Source of the DNA: an uncultured Gammaproteobacteria bacterium
Lineage (GTDB): Bacteria; Pseudomonadota; Gammaproteobacteria; JAGOUU01
Direction: 5' to 3'
NCBI GenBank assembly: GCA_964609155.1
Contig: CAZSRF010000001.1
Location: 19,166-83,165, forward strand
DNA: 64,000 bases
Part shown: positions 1 to 9,388 of the stretch, piece by piece
Position numbering within the stretch: the stretch's first letter is position 1
Layout: every line of letters begins with the position of its first letter
The notes under the pieces: model-generated
The model's database searches: none
Told to the model about the DNA's origin: nothing
What the model saw: the letters and a program-made list of their open reading frames with translations, nothing else
Program-made: the position numbers and the translations under genes

Positions 1-449
1 TAATAAATGAAAACAGTGATAAACCTGATGTTAATTTCAAAAGGCTTCGCTTTATAACTGCAGAAGGCACATACAGGCGACTTGATGGAACAACTCAAGA
101 TATCACACCTAGGGAACGAATGCTTACAGCTGTGGAGTATTTTAAATTAGCTGCTTTAAGCTGGGATCCTGCAGGTCTAATGAATTTGGGACACGCATAT
201 TCTGGTTGTTGGGAGCATCCTGAAAATTTAGTACTCGCATTAGAATATTTTAAGCAAGCAAAATCTGTTTTTCAACGACAAGGAAAAAGAGACGATGCGC
301 AGGAATCTCAAGATTATATAAACCAAACAATAAGAAAACTTGAAGCACCAGAAGGGACAATGTCTGGCAGTAGCGCAACGCCAATGTCATCTGATGTTAC
401 ATGGCTTGAAAGTGACGGTTCAGCGACACATTCGCCTTCACCATGGTAA
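1..449 (+). CDS. Sel1/TPR-like repeat protein (5' end beyond window)
   Basis: The reading frame is open from base 3 with no upstream stop. It contains Sel1-like motifs (AALSWDPAGLMNLGHAYSGCWE...ALEYFKQA) and a Ser/Thr-rich C-terminus. Confidence 0.55.
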   Translation, partial: INENSDKPDVNFKRLRFITAEGTYRRLDGTTQDITPRERMLTAVEYFKLAALSWDPAGLMNLGHAYSGCWEHPENLVLALEYFKQAKSVFQRQGKRDDAQESQDYINQTIRKLEAPEGTMSGSSATPMSSDVTWLESDGSATHSPSPW

Positions 450-737
450 ATCACTTGGCACATGAGAAAGCTTTGGGCAGTCCCGATTAAATTTGTCATG
501 TTGGACAAGCTATAAGATACCGGCTCTTCGGCTGGTATAACAAACTTTTGCTTAGTTCTGATTATAAATATTATTATTCGTTTGTTATTTTGTTGTTCCT
601 GCTATATAACTCTATATAGATTTATTAATTATATTCTGCATAGCTGGATGTAACCTTTAAATCATAGATTAAGTCAAGATTATGTATCATTGAACTACAC
701 AACCGGATAGGTTGAAAATTTCTCATGGAGGAGAAAT

Positions 738-1544
738 ATGAGTATTACTAAAATTCGATCCCTGTCTCTTTTATTTATTTCGACTATTCTGCACAACTCA
801 TTTATTTATGCCGCTTCAATTAATGTAGGTAGTTTTAATGTTAACTCAGGACGTGCAAGCGTTAATACTATAGCAAAACAACTTTCTGATCATAATTATG
901 TTGATATATGGGGAATCTCCGAATCTGCAGAAGATTGGCCAAGTAAAATAGTCAGTTATTTCAATTCTCAAAGCACAAAAAAAATTGAAGCTGTCAAAGG
1001 CTCCACAGGCATGAATAATAATCGTCTACAAATTTACTATAACACAGAAAAGTTCACTTTAATTTCTCATACAGAGTTAGATTACCTTAATCGTAATCGT
1101 CGAGTAAGAGCACCGTTAGTTGCTCATTTTAAAGATATCAACACTCAACAAGAGTTTTTGTTTATGATCAATCATTTATATCGCAGGGATTCCGAAGAAC
1201 GTATTTTTCAAGCTGCACAATTAAATAAATGGGCTAAAAAACAAAATTTACCTATTATAGCTGTTGGTGACTATAACTTTGATCTGTCTCCAACTGATAC
1301 AACCACCCACTGCCGTGGTTTTGACGAATTAACAAAAAACAATATTTTCACATGGATACAACCTAATAAATTATTGCCAACTCAGTGTAGCAAATATAAT
1401 TCTATATTAGATTTTATTTTTGTATCTGATAAGTTAATGTATACATCAGTTAATGCAAACATTTCTTACACAGACACAACTTACTGCAATCCTGAAAATA
1501 AATATTCTGATCACAGACCTGTTACAGCTGTAATTACCGTATAG
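738..1544 (+). CDS. secreted endonuclease/exonuclease/phosphatase (EEP) family protein
   Basis: It has an N-terminal signal-like hydrophobic segment and the EEP hallmark SDHRPV near the C-terminus, plus a GDYNFD motif. GGAG lies upstream of the ATG. Confidence 0.7.
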   Translation: MSITKIRSLSLLFISTILHNSFIYAASINVGSFNVNSGRASVNTIAKQLSDHNYVDIWGISESAEDWPSKIVSYFNSQSTKKIEAVKGSTGMNNNRLQIYYNTEKFTLISHTELDYLNRNRRVRAPLVAHFKDINTQQEFLFMINHLYRRDSEERIFQAAQLNKWAKKQNLPIIAVGDYNFDLSPTDTTTHCRGFDELTKNNIFTWIQPNKLLPTQCSKYNSILDFIFVSDKLMYTSVNANISYTDTTYCNPENKYSDHRPVTAVITV

Positions 1545-3384
1545 AAGCGTCGATTTCTATTAAAACTTGTTTAGGAATAATACTGTCACCTTTATTAATA
1601 TTAATAGCGGTGACAGTACCTGAAATAGGTGCTTGAATTTCTGTTTCCATTTTCATAGCTTCAATAATTAATACAATATCTCCTGAGGAAACTTTTTTAT
1701 TTATTTCTGTTTTTATTTCCACAACCATCCCTGGCATTGCAGAAGTAACATCTCCTGGTCTAGTAGCAGATTTTAATTGTACTGATTTGTTTGCTTGATT
1801 ATTTTTATTATTGACAAAGCTATCATCATCGTATTGAATTAAGATTTCTTCAGGCTCTCCATCAACAGTTAAATACAAGTTTCTCTCATCTGTACTTTGC
1901 TGACCCGCACCTTTTACATTTATTTCGTATGTTTCACCATGTAGATATATAGTAAAATTTTTTGGAAGCACAGCACAACGATCAAAATTTTTATTATTTA
2001 CATTACATTCTGGTTCTAAGATTTCTTTTTTAAAGTTATTACTTTCACGTTCCTGAAAATAGATTTTCGCAACTTCAGGAAACATTGCATAACTTAAAAC
2101 ATCTTCTTCTGAGTGCATAATATTTTTAATTTCTGATTGAATAGCCTTCAGCTCGTTTTTTAATAAATCTGCTGGCCTACAATCTATAAAATCTGTATTA
2201 CCAATCGCTTTTTGACGAACGTTTTTATTAACTTCTCCAGGTGTACGTCCATACATACCTAATAAATATTTTTTAACTTCATTGGTAATAGTTTTATATC
2301 TTTCACCCGATATGACATTTAACACAGCCTGTGTACCAACTATTTGAGAGGTTGGAGTAACAAGTGGTGGATAACCTAAGTCTTTTCTGACTCTCGGTAT
2401 TTCAGCAAATACATCTTTAATTTTATCTAAGGCATTTTGCTCCCGTAACTGCTGATATAAATTAGAAATCATACCACCTGGAACTTGGTAAATTTGTACT
2501 CTGGTATCAACATAATTACTCCCATTTTCAAATCTATGATATTTTTTTCTAACTTGGCTAAAATATTCTGCAATTTCTTGCAACAATGTTAAATTTAAAC
2601 CACTATCATGTTCTGTATCTTTCAATGCAGCAACTATAGCCTCCGTACTTGCGTGTGATGGTCCATCCGCAAAAGACGAAATGGCAGTGTCAACATGTTC
2701 ACAGCCAAGTTGTATAGCTTCCCATTGGCATAACAAAGATAAACCACTACTTGCATGACTATGCAAATGAATAGGTAAATTAACTGCTTTTTTTAGCGCT
2801 GGTATTAACTGTCTCGTAGCAAGAGGTGTTAACAAGCCTGCCATATCTTTAATAGCAAGACTATCACAACCCATATCAGCCAATGCTACAGCCATCTCAA
2901 CAAAGCTATTGAGATCATGCACAGGACTTGTAGTATATGCAATAGTACCTTGTGCATGCTTTTTGTTTCTTTTTACAGCTCGAATAGATGTCTCTAGGTT
3001 TCTAGTATCATTTAAAGCATCAAAAATTCTAAAAACATCCACCCCATTATTACATGCTAAATCAACAAATTTTTCTACGACATCATCCGCATAGTGTCGA
3101 TAGCCTAAGAGATTTTGGCCTCGTAACAGCATCATTAATTGTGTATTCGGTAATACTCTTCTTAAAGCACGTAATCTTTCCCATGGATCTTCTTTTAGAA
3201 ATCTCAAACATGCATCATAAGTCGCACCACCCCATGCCTCTAATGCCCAATAACCTACCTGATCAAGTTTATGACAAATAGGTAGCATATCTTCTGTTCT
3301 TAATCTTGTAGCAATCAAACATTGATGTGCATCACGCAAAACGGTCTCAGTGACTTTTATTTTTTTATTCATTATTAAACCCAT
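1534..3384 (-). CDS. pycB: pyruvate carboxylase subunit B / oxaloacetate decarboxylase alpha-like (carboxyltransferase + biotinyl domain)
   Basis: The N-terminus is a TIM-barrel carboxyltransferase (VTETVLRDAHQCL...). The C-terminal biotinyl domain carries EAMKMETEI. It overlaps the upstream biotin carboxylase gene by 20 nt. Confidence 0.8.
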   Translation of the reverse strand: MGLIMNKKIKVTETVLRDAHQCLIATRLRTEDMLPICHKLDQVGYWALEAWGGATYDACLRFLKEDPWERLRALRRVLPNTQLMMLLRGQNLLGYRHYADDVVEKFVDLACNNGVDVFRIFDALNDTRNLETSIRAVKRNKKHAQGTIAYTTSPVHDLNSFVEMAVALADMGCDSLAIKDMAGLLTPLATRQLIPALKKAVNLPIHLHSHASSGLSLLCQWEAIQLGCEHVDTAISSFADGPSHASTEAIVAALKDTEHDSGLNLTLLQEIAEYFSQVRKKYHRFENGSNYVDTRVQIYQVPGGMISNLYQQLREQNALDKIKDVFAEIPRVRKDLGYPPLVTPTSQIVGTQAVLNVISGERYKTITNEVKKYLLGMYGRTPGEVNKNVRQKAIGNTDFIDCRPADLLKNELKAIQSEIKNIMHSEEDVLSYAMFPEVAKIYFQERESNNFKKEILEPECNVNNKNFDRCAVLPKNFTIYLHGETYEINVKGAGQQSTDERNLYLTVDGEPEEILIQYDDDSFVNNKNNQANKSVQLKSATRPGDVTSAMPGMVVEIKTEINKKVSSGDIVLIIEAMKMETEIQAPISGTVTAININKGDSIIPKQVLIEIDASIR

Positions 3385-4801
3385 AATAATAAATACATGC
3401 TGCTGCTAATACTGTAGCCATAGCATGCTTAGTTGTACGTTCAGGATATTGTGTTAGTTTGGGATGTTGTTCAAGAAAATTTGTTGTAATATTAGCGTTT
3501 TGGAATTTTTCTGTTTTAAATATTTCTAAATAAAATGGTATAGTGGTCTTTACTCCAAGCAAAACCATCTCTTTTAGTGCACGTTGCGCTCTTTTTAGCA
3601 ATTCCGGCCAATTAATCGCCCATATGGTTAGTTTTGCACATAATGAATCATAATAAGAAGGAATTTCATATCCTGTATAAATCATAGCATCAGTACGAAC
3701 ACCATGCCCACCAGGTGAATAGTACTGTGTGATCCGTCCAAAACTTGGTAAGAAATTATTTTTCGGATCTTCGCAATTAATTCTAAATTGTACAGCAAAG
3801 CCATTGATACTAATTTTATTTTGTTGTAAGTTTAAATCTTTTCCTGCAGCTATTTCTATCTGTTTATTTACGATATCGATTCCTGTTATTTCTTCAGTAA
3901 TTGTATGCTCTACCTGCAATCTTGTGTTCATCTCCATGAAGTAAAAATTATTTTCTTTATCTAACAAGAACTCCACCGTTCCTGCATTCTGATACTTCAC
4001 TGCTTTTGCAATATTTAATGCATATTTAGTAACTTTAAGACGCATTTCTTCAGTTAATTGTGGGCTTGGTGCAATTTCAATTAATTTTTGGTGTCGACGT
4101 TGAATAGAGCAATCTCGTTCAAATAAATGAACTATATTATTATAGTGATCTCCTAATATTTGAACTTCAATATGCTTAGGATTATCTAAACATTTTTCTA
4201 AAAATATTTCTGTATTGCTAAAGGCTTTACTGACTTCTGATTTAACTCTTTCAAAATTATTCTTTAATTCCATTTCTGATTCACAACGTCTTATTCCTCG
4301 TCCACCACCTCCACCAATAGCCTTGAGCATAACTGGATAGCCAATGCTATTAGCTAATTGTATTGCTTCTTCCATCGTCGCAATATTACTTTCTGAGCCT
4401 GGTAAGACTGGAACATTGGCTTCTTTAGCAATAGCTCTAGCTTTTACTTTATCACCCATTAATCTTATTGTATCTGCGCAAGGACCTATAAATTTAATAT
4501 TCTTACGTTGACATAATTCTGCCAATAACGGATCTTCCGATAAAAATCCATAACCAGGATGAATAGCATCACAGCCTGTCGCAAGAGCTAAATCGACTAT
4601 ACGATGAGCATTTAAATAGCCTGCAACTGATTCTGCTCCTATTGAATAAGCTTCATCTGCTTTTTTTACATGTAGTGAATAGCGATCAGCATCTGAATAA
4701 ATAGCGACAGATCTGACGCCCATTTCGGAGCAACTTCTGACAATCCGAACGGCAATCTCCCCACGATTAGCAATAAGAATCTTGTTAAATAATTTTTTCA
4801 T
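3365..4801 (-). CDS. pycA: biotin carboxylase (pyruvate carboxylase subunit A-like)
   Basis: Start MKKLFNKILIANRGEIAVRIVRSC matches biotin carboxylase starts. It has the ATP-grasp GGGGRGIR motif and is translationally coupled to pycB. Confidence 0.8.
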   Translation of the reverse strand: MKKLFNKILIANRGEIAVRIVRSCSEMGVRSVAIYSDADRYSLHVKKADEAYSIGAESVAGYLNAHRIVDLALATGCDAIHPGYGFLSEDPLLAELCQRKNIKFIGPCADTIRLMGDKVKARAIAKEANVPVLPGSESNIATMEEAIQLANSIGYPVMLKAIGGGGGRGIRRCESEMELKNNFERVKSEVSKAFSNTEIFLEKCLDNPKHIEVQILGDHYNNIVHLFERDCSIQRRHQKLIEIAPSPQLTEEMRLKVTKYALNIAKAVKYQNAGTVEFLLDKENNFYFMEMNTRLQVEHTITEEITGIDIVNKQIEIAAGKDLNLQQNKISINGFAVQFRINCEDPKNNFLPSFGRITQYYSPGGHGVRTDAMIYTGYEIPSYYDSLCAKLTIWAINWPELLKRAQRALKEMVLLGVKTTIPFYLEIFKTEKFQNANITTNFLEQHPKLTQYPERTTKHAMATVLAAACIYYYGFNNE

Positions 4802-4946
4802 CCTGAAAATTAATCAAAAATCACTTGTTTAAAGCTATTACAATATATCTTAGCATTATTATTTATTAAAATAATTATATAAGATTAGATTTATATAGTA
4901 TTGATGTTATAATTTAAGAAAGTTACTATAACCTTAATAGTTATTT

Positions 4947-5198
4947 ATGCATCATACAGATATAACTAATTCCCAAAGTACCGAGAACAAAGAAAGTTTG
5001 CGGCAATTGGAGCATCTAATTACGAGTTTAATTGCACAACATCAAAAATTAAAAAATGATTACAGCTTGCTTAAAGACAATTACACGAATCTCAAGCTTA
5101 GTTATAGTAAGCTAAACGATAAACAAGATAGGATAGAACACCGAGTAAAGACTTTATTAAATCGCCTTACAGACTTATCTGGTACAGATGTTTTCTAA
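4947..5198 (+). CDS. zapB: cell division protein ZapB-like coiled-coil protein
   Basis: It is an 83-aa all coiled-coil protein sitting immediately upstream of zapA, the position zapB occupies. Confidence 0.6.
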   Translation: MHHTDITNSQSTENKESLRQLEHLITSLIAQHQKLKNDYSLLKDNYTNLKLSYSKLNDKQDRIEHRVKTLLNRLTDLSGTDVF

Positions 5199-5246
5199 TA
5201 CATCTAGATATACATTAAATCAATAATAGAACCAATAAAAACTACA

Positions 5247-5558
5247 ATGGATCATAACAAAAAGTCAGTACTTGACATTAATATATTAGGCAAAGATTAT
5301 AAAATAGGATGTTCACCTGAACATAAAGATTCTTTAATTAAATCTGGACAATTTCTGGATTTAAGAATGCGACAAATGCGCGATAAATATCAGATCGTTG
5401 GGTTAGATAAAATAGCAGTGCTTGCCGCTTTGCATATAAGTCATGAATTACTTAATGGAAATCAAACTAATAATGACCGTGGTAGTCAGCAATATGTTCA
5501 AGATAAAATAAATGAATTGACTGATATGTTAACTGCGACTATTAATGATCCCTCGTAA
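5247..5558 (+). CDS. zapA: cell division protein ZapA
   Basis: LDINILGKDYKIGCSPEHKDSLIKSGQFLDLRMRQMR matches the ZapA N-terminal fold pattern, followed by a C-terminal coiled coil. Confidence 0.75.
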   Translation: MDHNKKSVLDINILGKDYKIGCSPEHKDSLIKSGQFLDLRMRQMRDKYQIVGLDKIAVLAALHISHELLNGNQTNNDRGSQQYVQDKINELTDMLTATINDPS

Positions 5559-5680
5559 CAATTAAAGCCATTCAATAAGCTTTCCGAGCAAACCAGGGTT
5601 ACAATATTTTGATACGTTCACCATACTATGGTGATTACAATACAGCGTCAGACACAGCAGTTTTCGTTCACAATGATAAA

Positions 5681-6163
5681 CTAGACTATAGAGCATCTGG
5701 AGTAATGAGTAGGAGGTACTTCTTCAGGTAATTCTTTAGGTAATTCAGTAGCTATTTCTGCTTGAAGGAGTTCAATACTTTTAGCAGTAAAAGACACACG
5801 TATTAAGCGAAGAGTATCTTTAATTGACGTTGGATTTGGTGATCTACTCAAATGCTCACGAATAGCTGTTCGAGCCGTCTCCAGGAGAGCTATTTGTCTA
5901 TCTAACAAGCATCGCTCTGCACTACACTCCCTATTTTCGACACTAGTAGGCTGTGCCAAGGCTGGAGTTGGAGCAGCTGCAGCGATTAAAGCAGCTCTAG
6001 CAGTAGTGGCGCTTACAAGAATGCTATCGAGTGATTCTGAGATATCGCTTAGATCGTCAGGAATGATTATGCCTCCACCTATCCGATCTGATAATTGTTG
6101 CACCTGTTCTAGCATACGTTGTTTTGCTGCTTTGGCGGCAGCCATATGGGATCTGAATGTCAT
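5681..6163 (-). CDS. hypothetical Ala-rich protein (higher GC than surroundings)
   Basis: 160-aa ORF, locally about 50% GC against an AT-rich background. I recognise no family. Confidence 0.4.
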   Translation of the reverse strand: MTFRSHMAAAKAAKQRMLEQVQQLSDRIGGGIIIPDDLSDISESLDSILVSATTARAALIAAAAPTPALAQPTSVENRECSAERCLLDRQIALLETARTAIREHLSRSPNPTSIKDTLRLIRVSFTAKSIELLQAEIATELPKELPEEVPPTHYSRCSIV

Positions 6164-6396
6164 AGAGCTCTCATAAGTAACTTAAAAAGATAACTTTATC
6201 ATGAGTTAAGTGAATTGTCAAAAATCATATTAAGAACTATAGAACCACTGTAATTGTTACTATCTAATCATCAATAATCTATTTAATTAAATGGTTTTTT
6301 AAATGAGTGCTCAGTGCATATAATTCAGCAGAACTTAAACGACTTGCAAAAAGCATTTTTAGATTGGTTTGACAAGAAGCTATATTAATAGCATTG

Positions 6397-7545
6397 TTAA
6401 TTATTGATGTCCGAACATAGATACTGATGGTAGTTAATAAATTCAGTTCCTGCTATTTTAAAATTATCACCGCGGTATATTACATATTTTTTGTCTTTTA
6501 AAGTACCATATTCTTGTATAATCTTGCTCATTTTAGGGGTCGCTGTCGCTGAAAGTTTAATTTCTATTAATTCAAGGTGCGTTTTATGGTCGATAATTAA
6601 GTCAATTTCTTGACCATGAGATGTTTTCAAAAAATATAGTTCTGAATTTTTAGTGTTATGACATATATTCTTATAAATATCAGCAATAATAAAATTTTCA
6701 AATATTGCTCCAGACATTAATCCTTTTTCAAATAATTGTGCTGAATTCACCCCGGTGATATACGAAACCAAACCCGTATCCCAAAAATATAATTTTGGTG
6801 ATTTAATCATCCTTTTACCAAAGTTATTAAAATACGGCGGTAATAAGAATACTATATAAGAGGCTTCTAATACTGAAATCCAGCGCTTAATAGTCTGAAC
6901 TGTTACACCTAAATCATGAGCTAAAGTAGACATATTAATAATTTGAGCACAGTGCGCAGCTAAGAGTTCAATAAATCTATGAAAATCACGAAGATCCCCT
7001 ATCTGTAATAAATCTCTAACATCACGTTCTATATAAGTCGTGATATATGACGAAAACCAAGCATCAAATCCCGCATAATTTCTTACCACTAATTCTGGAT
7101 ATGCTCCTCTCCATAAGCAAGAATTCTGCTGGTCTCTTGGAATTTCATTGTACTGAAAAGGTAATAATGACAGCAAACCAATCCTTCCAGCCAGTGACTC
7201 AGTAATTTTTTTTATTAATGTAAATTGACTAGAGCCAGTTAGAATAAATCGCCCATACTTTTGCCTATCTTCATCAACTAATATTTTAATACTTTCAAAT
7301 AGTTCAGGTACTTTCTGCACCTCATCAAATATCGTATGGTCTTGACACTCTTTTAGAAAGCCTTGTGGATCATTGTAATAAAATTGTCTTAATCTTGCGT
7401 CATCAAAACTAACATATTTATAATTTGACAGTAACTCTCTGAGTAGAGTTGATTTCCCGGACTGCCGTGGACCAGTCAGACCAATCACAGGAAAAATTTT
7501 AAGATATTCAAGCAGTTGCTGTTCTATATTGCGATGAAAGTACAT
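6397..7545 (-). CDS. AAA+ ATPase, DUF4143/COG1373 family
   Basis: Walker A GPRQSGKST sits about 30 aa from the chosen start MYFHRN, with Walker B-like ILVDE. The ORF could extend to 7584. Confidence 0.65.
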   Translation of the reverse strand: MYFHRNIEQQLLEYLKIFPVIGLTGPRQSGKSTLLRELLSNYKYVSFDDARLRQFYYNDPQGFLKECQDHTIFDEVQKVPELFESIKILVDEDRQKYGRFILTGSSQFTLIKKITESLAGRIGLLSLLPFQYNEIPRDQQNSCLWRGAYPELVVRNYAGFDAWFSSYITTYIERDVRDLLQIGDLRDFHRFIELLAAHCAQIINMSTLAHDLGVTVQTIKRWISVLEASYIVFLLPPYFNNFGKRMIKSPKLYFWDTGLVSYITGVNSAQLFEKGLMSGAIFENFIIADIYKNICHNTKNSELYFLKTSHGQEIDLIIDHKTHLELIEIKLSATATPKMSKIIQEYGTLKDKKYVIYRGDNFKIAGTEFINYHQYLCSDINN

Positions 7546-7678
7546 AAAAACGTGTATATTTATTATCGTATCATAAATATACACATTTTTTGCTCTTTAT
7601 TCAAGCTCTATAGAGTTAGGTGGTTTAATGATTGCGGTGCGCTAACGGATCGCCACGTCACCGCTAATTTTTAAGTAT

Positions 7679-8983
7679 CTAGTGAACTTTAAAAAAACCT
7701 ACTTTTACCTTGTCTCCATCAATATAATACATATCAAACGTTTCTGGATAACCTTCGTGCCCAGCTCCCATACGTGCCTTATCCCAAACTTTATCAGCGA
7801 CAAGAGTAGACTTTTCACCCATAAATTGCGCCTTATTCAATTTATACATAAATACTTTTGAGTTACTTAGAATAGAAAGCATCTGCTCTTCCAGAGCAGT
7901 TTCATCTTCTGCACCCGTATCTGAGTCCGAATCAGAATCATCCATCGCTGACTCAGTGAACACATAGTAGTTATCATCTTTAGTATAAACAGCAGCAAAC
8001 TTTTGGTCATTAACCTTTAGATCAATAAAATTCCAGTTTAATCCATCATCAAAACTTATCAGATATGTCTCTTTTTCTATATGTTTCTCATCAACAAATT
8101 TATAATATTCAGCATTAGCTAATAGAAAACCCTTACTTTCTTTAACGCTTAAAAAAGATAGATCCAACTCATATTCGATGCCATCATTTATAGTTTTCAG
8201 AACTGTTGGAACATTCATTTCAACTAATTTAGCATCTGCATCCAATAAATCTTTTATATAAAAATTCTGTTTCATTTGATTATTCAAAAAATCATACTTA
8301 GTAAGTATAACTTTACTATCAAAAGCAGTTCTATAAGTGTATTCAGAAAATTCTGCAAGAGAGTGCCATTGCTGTCCGTTGTCTTTAGAAAACATTTTCT
8401 TTAAGATACCATTTTCACCTTTAACATCAGCAAGTATAATCCTTGGCGTTACCTCAGTAATGGAATCGAGTTCAAGCTCGCCAGTTGAGCTCAAAGAGTA
8501 TGGATGCCAATTGACTCCATCCGTAGATGTGTAATTAAATGAATGATCTTCAAAGTTCGGACCTGACTTCTCAAACTTCAATGTTAAAAAAAGAATATCA
8601 TTATTATTGTTAATATATGTCTCATACCAGCTATAATCGTTAGGCAAACTTGGAAGAACAATCTGGCTAGTATGTTTCTCATAACTTTGATAATCTGCAT
8701 TAAAAACTATTGTATTAATATTCACCGTTCTATCAACAGGATTTAATGTGGAAGACATCATATGTTCACGCCCTTTAAAATAAAAGCTCTCCATTGATGA
8801 GTTTTTATCTTCTTTAGAATGGACTATATCAAAATCAAAATACTTGTATTCTGCTACTTTTTGCACCTCTGGACTGATATTTTTAATATGAATCTTTTTA
8901 CCCGCAAAAATAAAACTCGAAAAAATTAAATTTAATATAGCTACAATTATAATACAATTTATTTTATTATCCCTGTACAGCAT
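7679..8983 (-). CDS. secreted BNR/Asp-box repeat protein (sialidase/Ycf48-like beta-propeller)
   Basis: It has a signal peptide and several Asp-box motifs (STDGVNW, SKDNGQQW, FDDGLNW), plus an acidic DDSDSDSD stretch. Confidence 0.55.
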   Translation of the reverse strand: MLYRDNKINCIIIVAILNLIFSSFIFAGKKIHIKNISPEVQKVAEYKYFDFDIVHSKEDKNSSMESFYFKGREHMMSSTLNPVDRTVNINTIVFNADYQSYEKHTSQIVLPSLPNDYSWYETYINNNNDILFLTLKFEKSGPNFEDHSFNYTSTDGVNWHPYSLSSTGELELDSITEVTPRIILADVKGENGILKKMFSKDNGQQWHSLAEFSEYTYRTAFDSKVILTKYDFLNNQMKQNFYIKDLLDADAKLVEMNVPTVLKTINDGIEYELDLSFLSVKESKGFLLANAEYYKFVDEKHIEKETYLISFDDGLNWNFIDLKVNDQKFAAVYTKDDNYYVFTESAMDDSDSDSDTGAEDETALEEQMLSILSNSKVFMYKLNKAQFMGEKSTLVADKVWDKARMGAGHEGYPETFDMYYIDGDKVKVGFFKVH

Positions 8984-9038
8984 ACTCTCCCCTCTATGAA
9001 AAATTTAGATTCAAAGCGGTATTATATGCAACTTTATA

Positions 9039-9160
9039 GGACTTACGCAAGAACCCTGTCATACCGGCCAAAGAGCCAGTATCTTGCAAAAAAGATCTCG
9101 GTTCTGCGCACTTCGTGCTTGACCGAGATGACAACTTACAATCATTTTGCGTAAGTCCTG
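9039..9160. repeat. 122-bp MITE-like repeat, copy 1 (terminal inverted repeats GGACTTACGCAA...TTGCGTAAGTCC)
   Basis: It is about 85% identical to 52142..52263. Both have 12-14 bp terminal inverted repeats and an internal palindrome (ATCTCGGTTCTGCGCAC...GACCGAGAT). Confidence 0.75.
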
Positions 9161-9273
9161 CTTTAATGAGACATTACAAGTAACAACTATAAGATCCAGA
9201 CCAATAGCAAACATGTTTATTTATCTTAGGTAATTGGGATAATTTGGGAATGATTTTGGATGACTGCTGTCTT

Positions 9274-9388
9274 GCGGAACTTAAATTGTCTAATTGATAA
9301 TTTAAGTTCCGCAACGATATTAAGATTTTTTTGAACTTAAATTGTCTAATTGATAGTTTAAGTTCCGCAACGATATTAAGATTTTTTT
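9274..9388. repeat. tandem duplication of a ~57-bp palindromic hairpin unit
   Basis: Unit: gcggaacttaaattgtctaattgataatttaagttccgc + aacgatattaagattttttt. The second copy has one mismatch, and its T-run contains the helicase stop codon. Confidence 0.8.

Noticed and set aside
2909-3281. Small plus-strand ORFs (61 aa, 75 aa) inside pycB
   Set aside because: They are antisense to a strongly supported carboxyltransferase gene, and are short and composition-biased.
5560-5680. Possible second 6S-like fragment right after zapA (accagggttacaat resembles the GGGUUACAG of the 6S 3' end)
   Set aside because: Only a short motif matches, with no closing stem or central bubble context. The ygfA-proximal candidate is much stronger. 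It is noted only as a possible scar of the ancestral zapA-ssrS junction.
9274-9388. Hairpins as rho-independent terminators of the helicase gene
   Set aside because: On the helicase (minus) strand the stems are not followed by U-runs. The T-runs are on the plus strand, where no gene needs terminating. I therefore call this a repeat, not a terminator.
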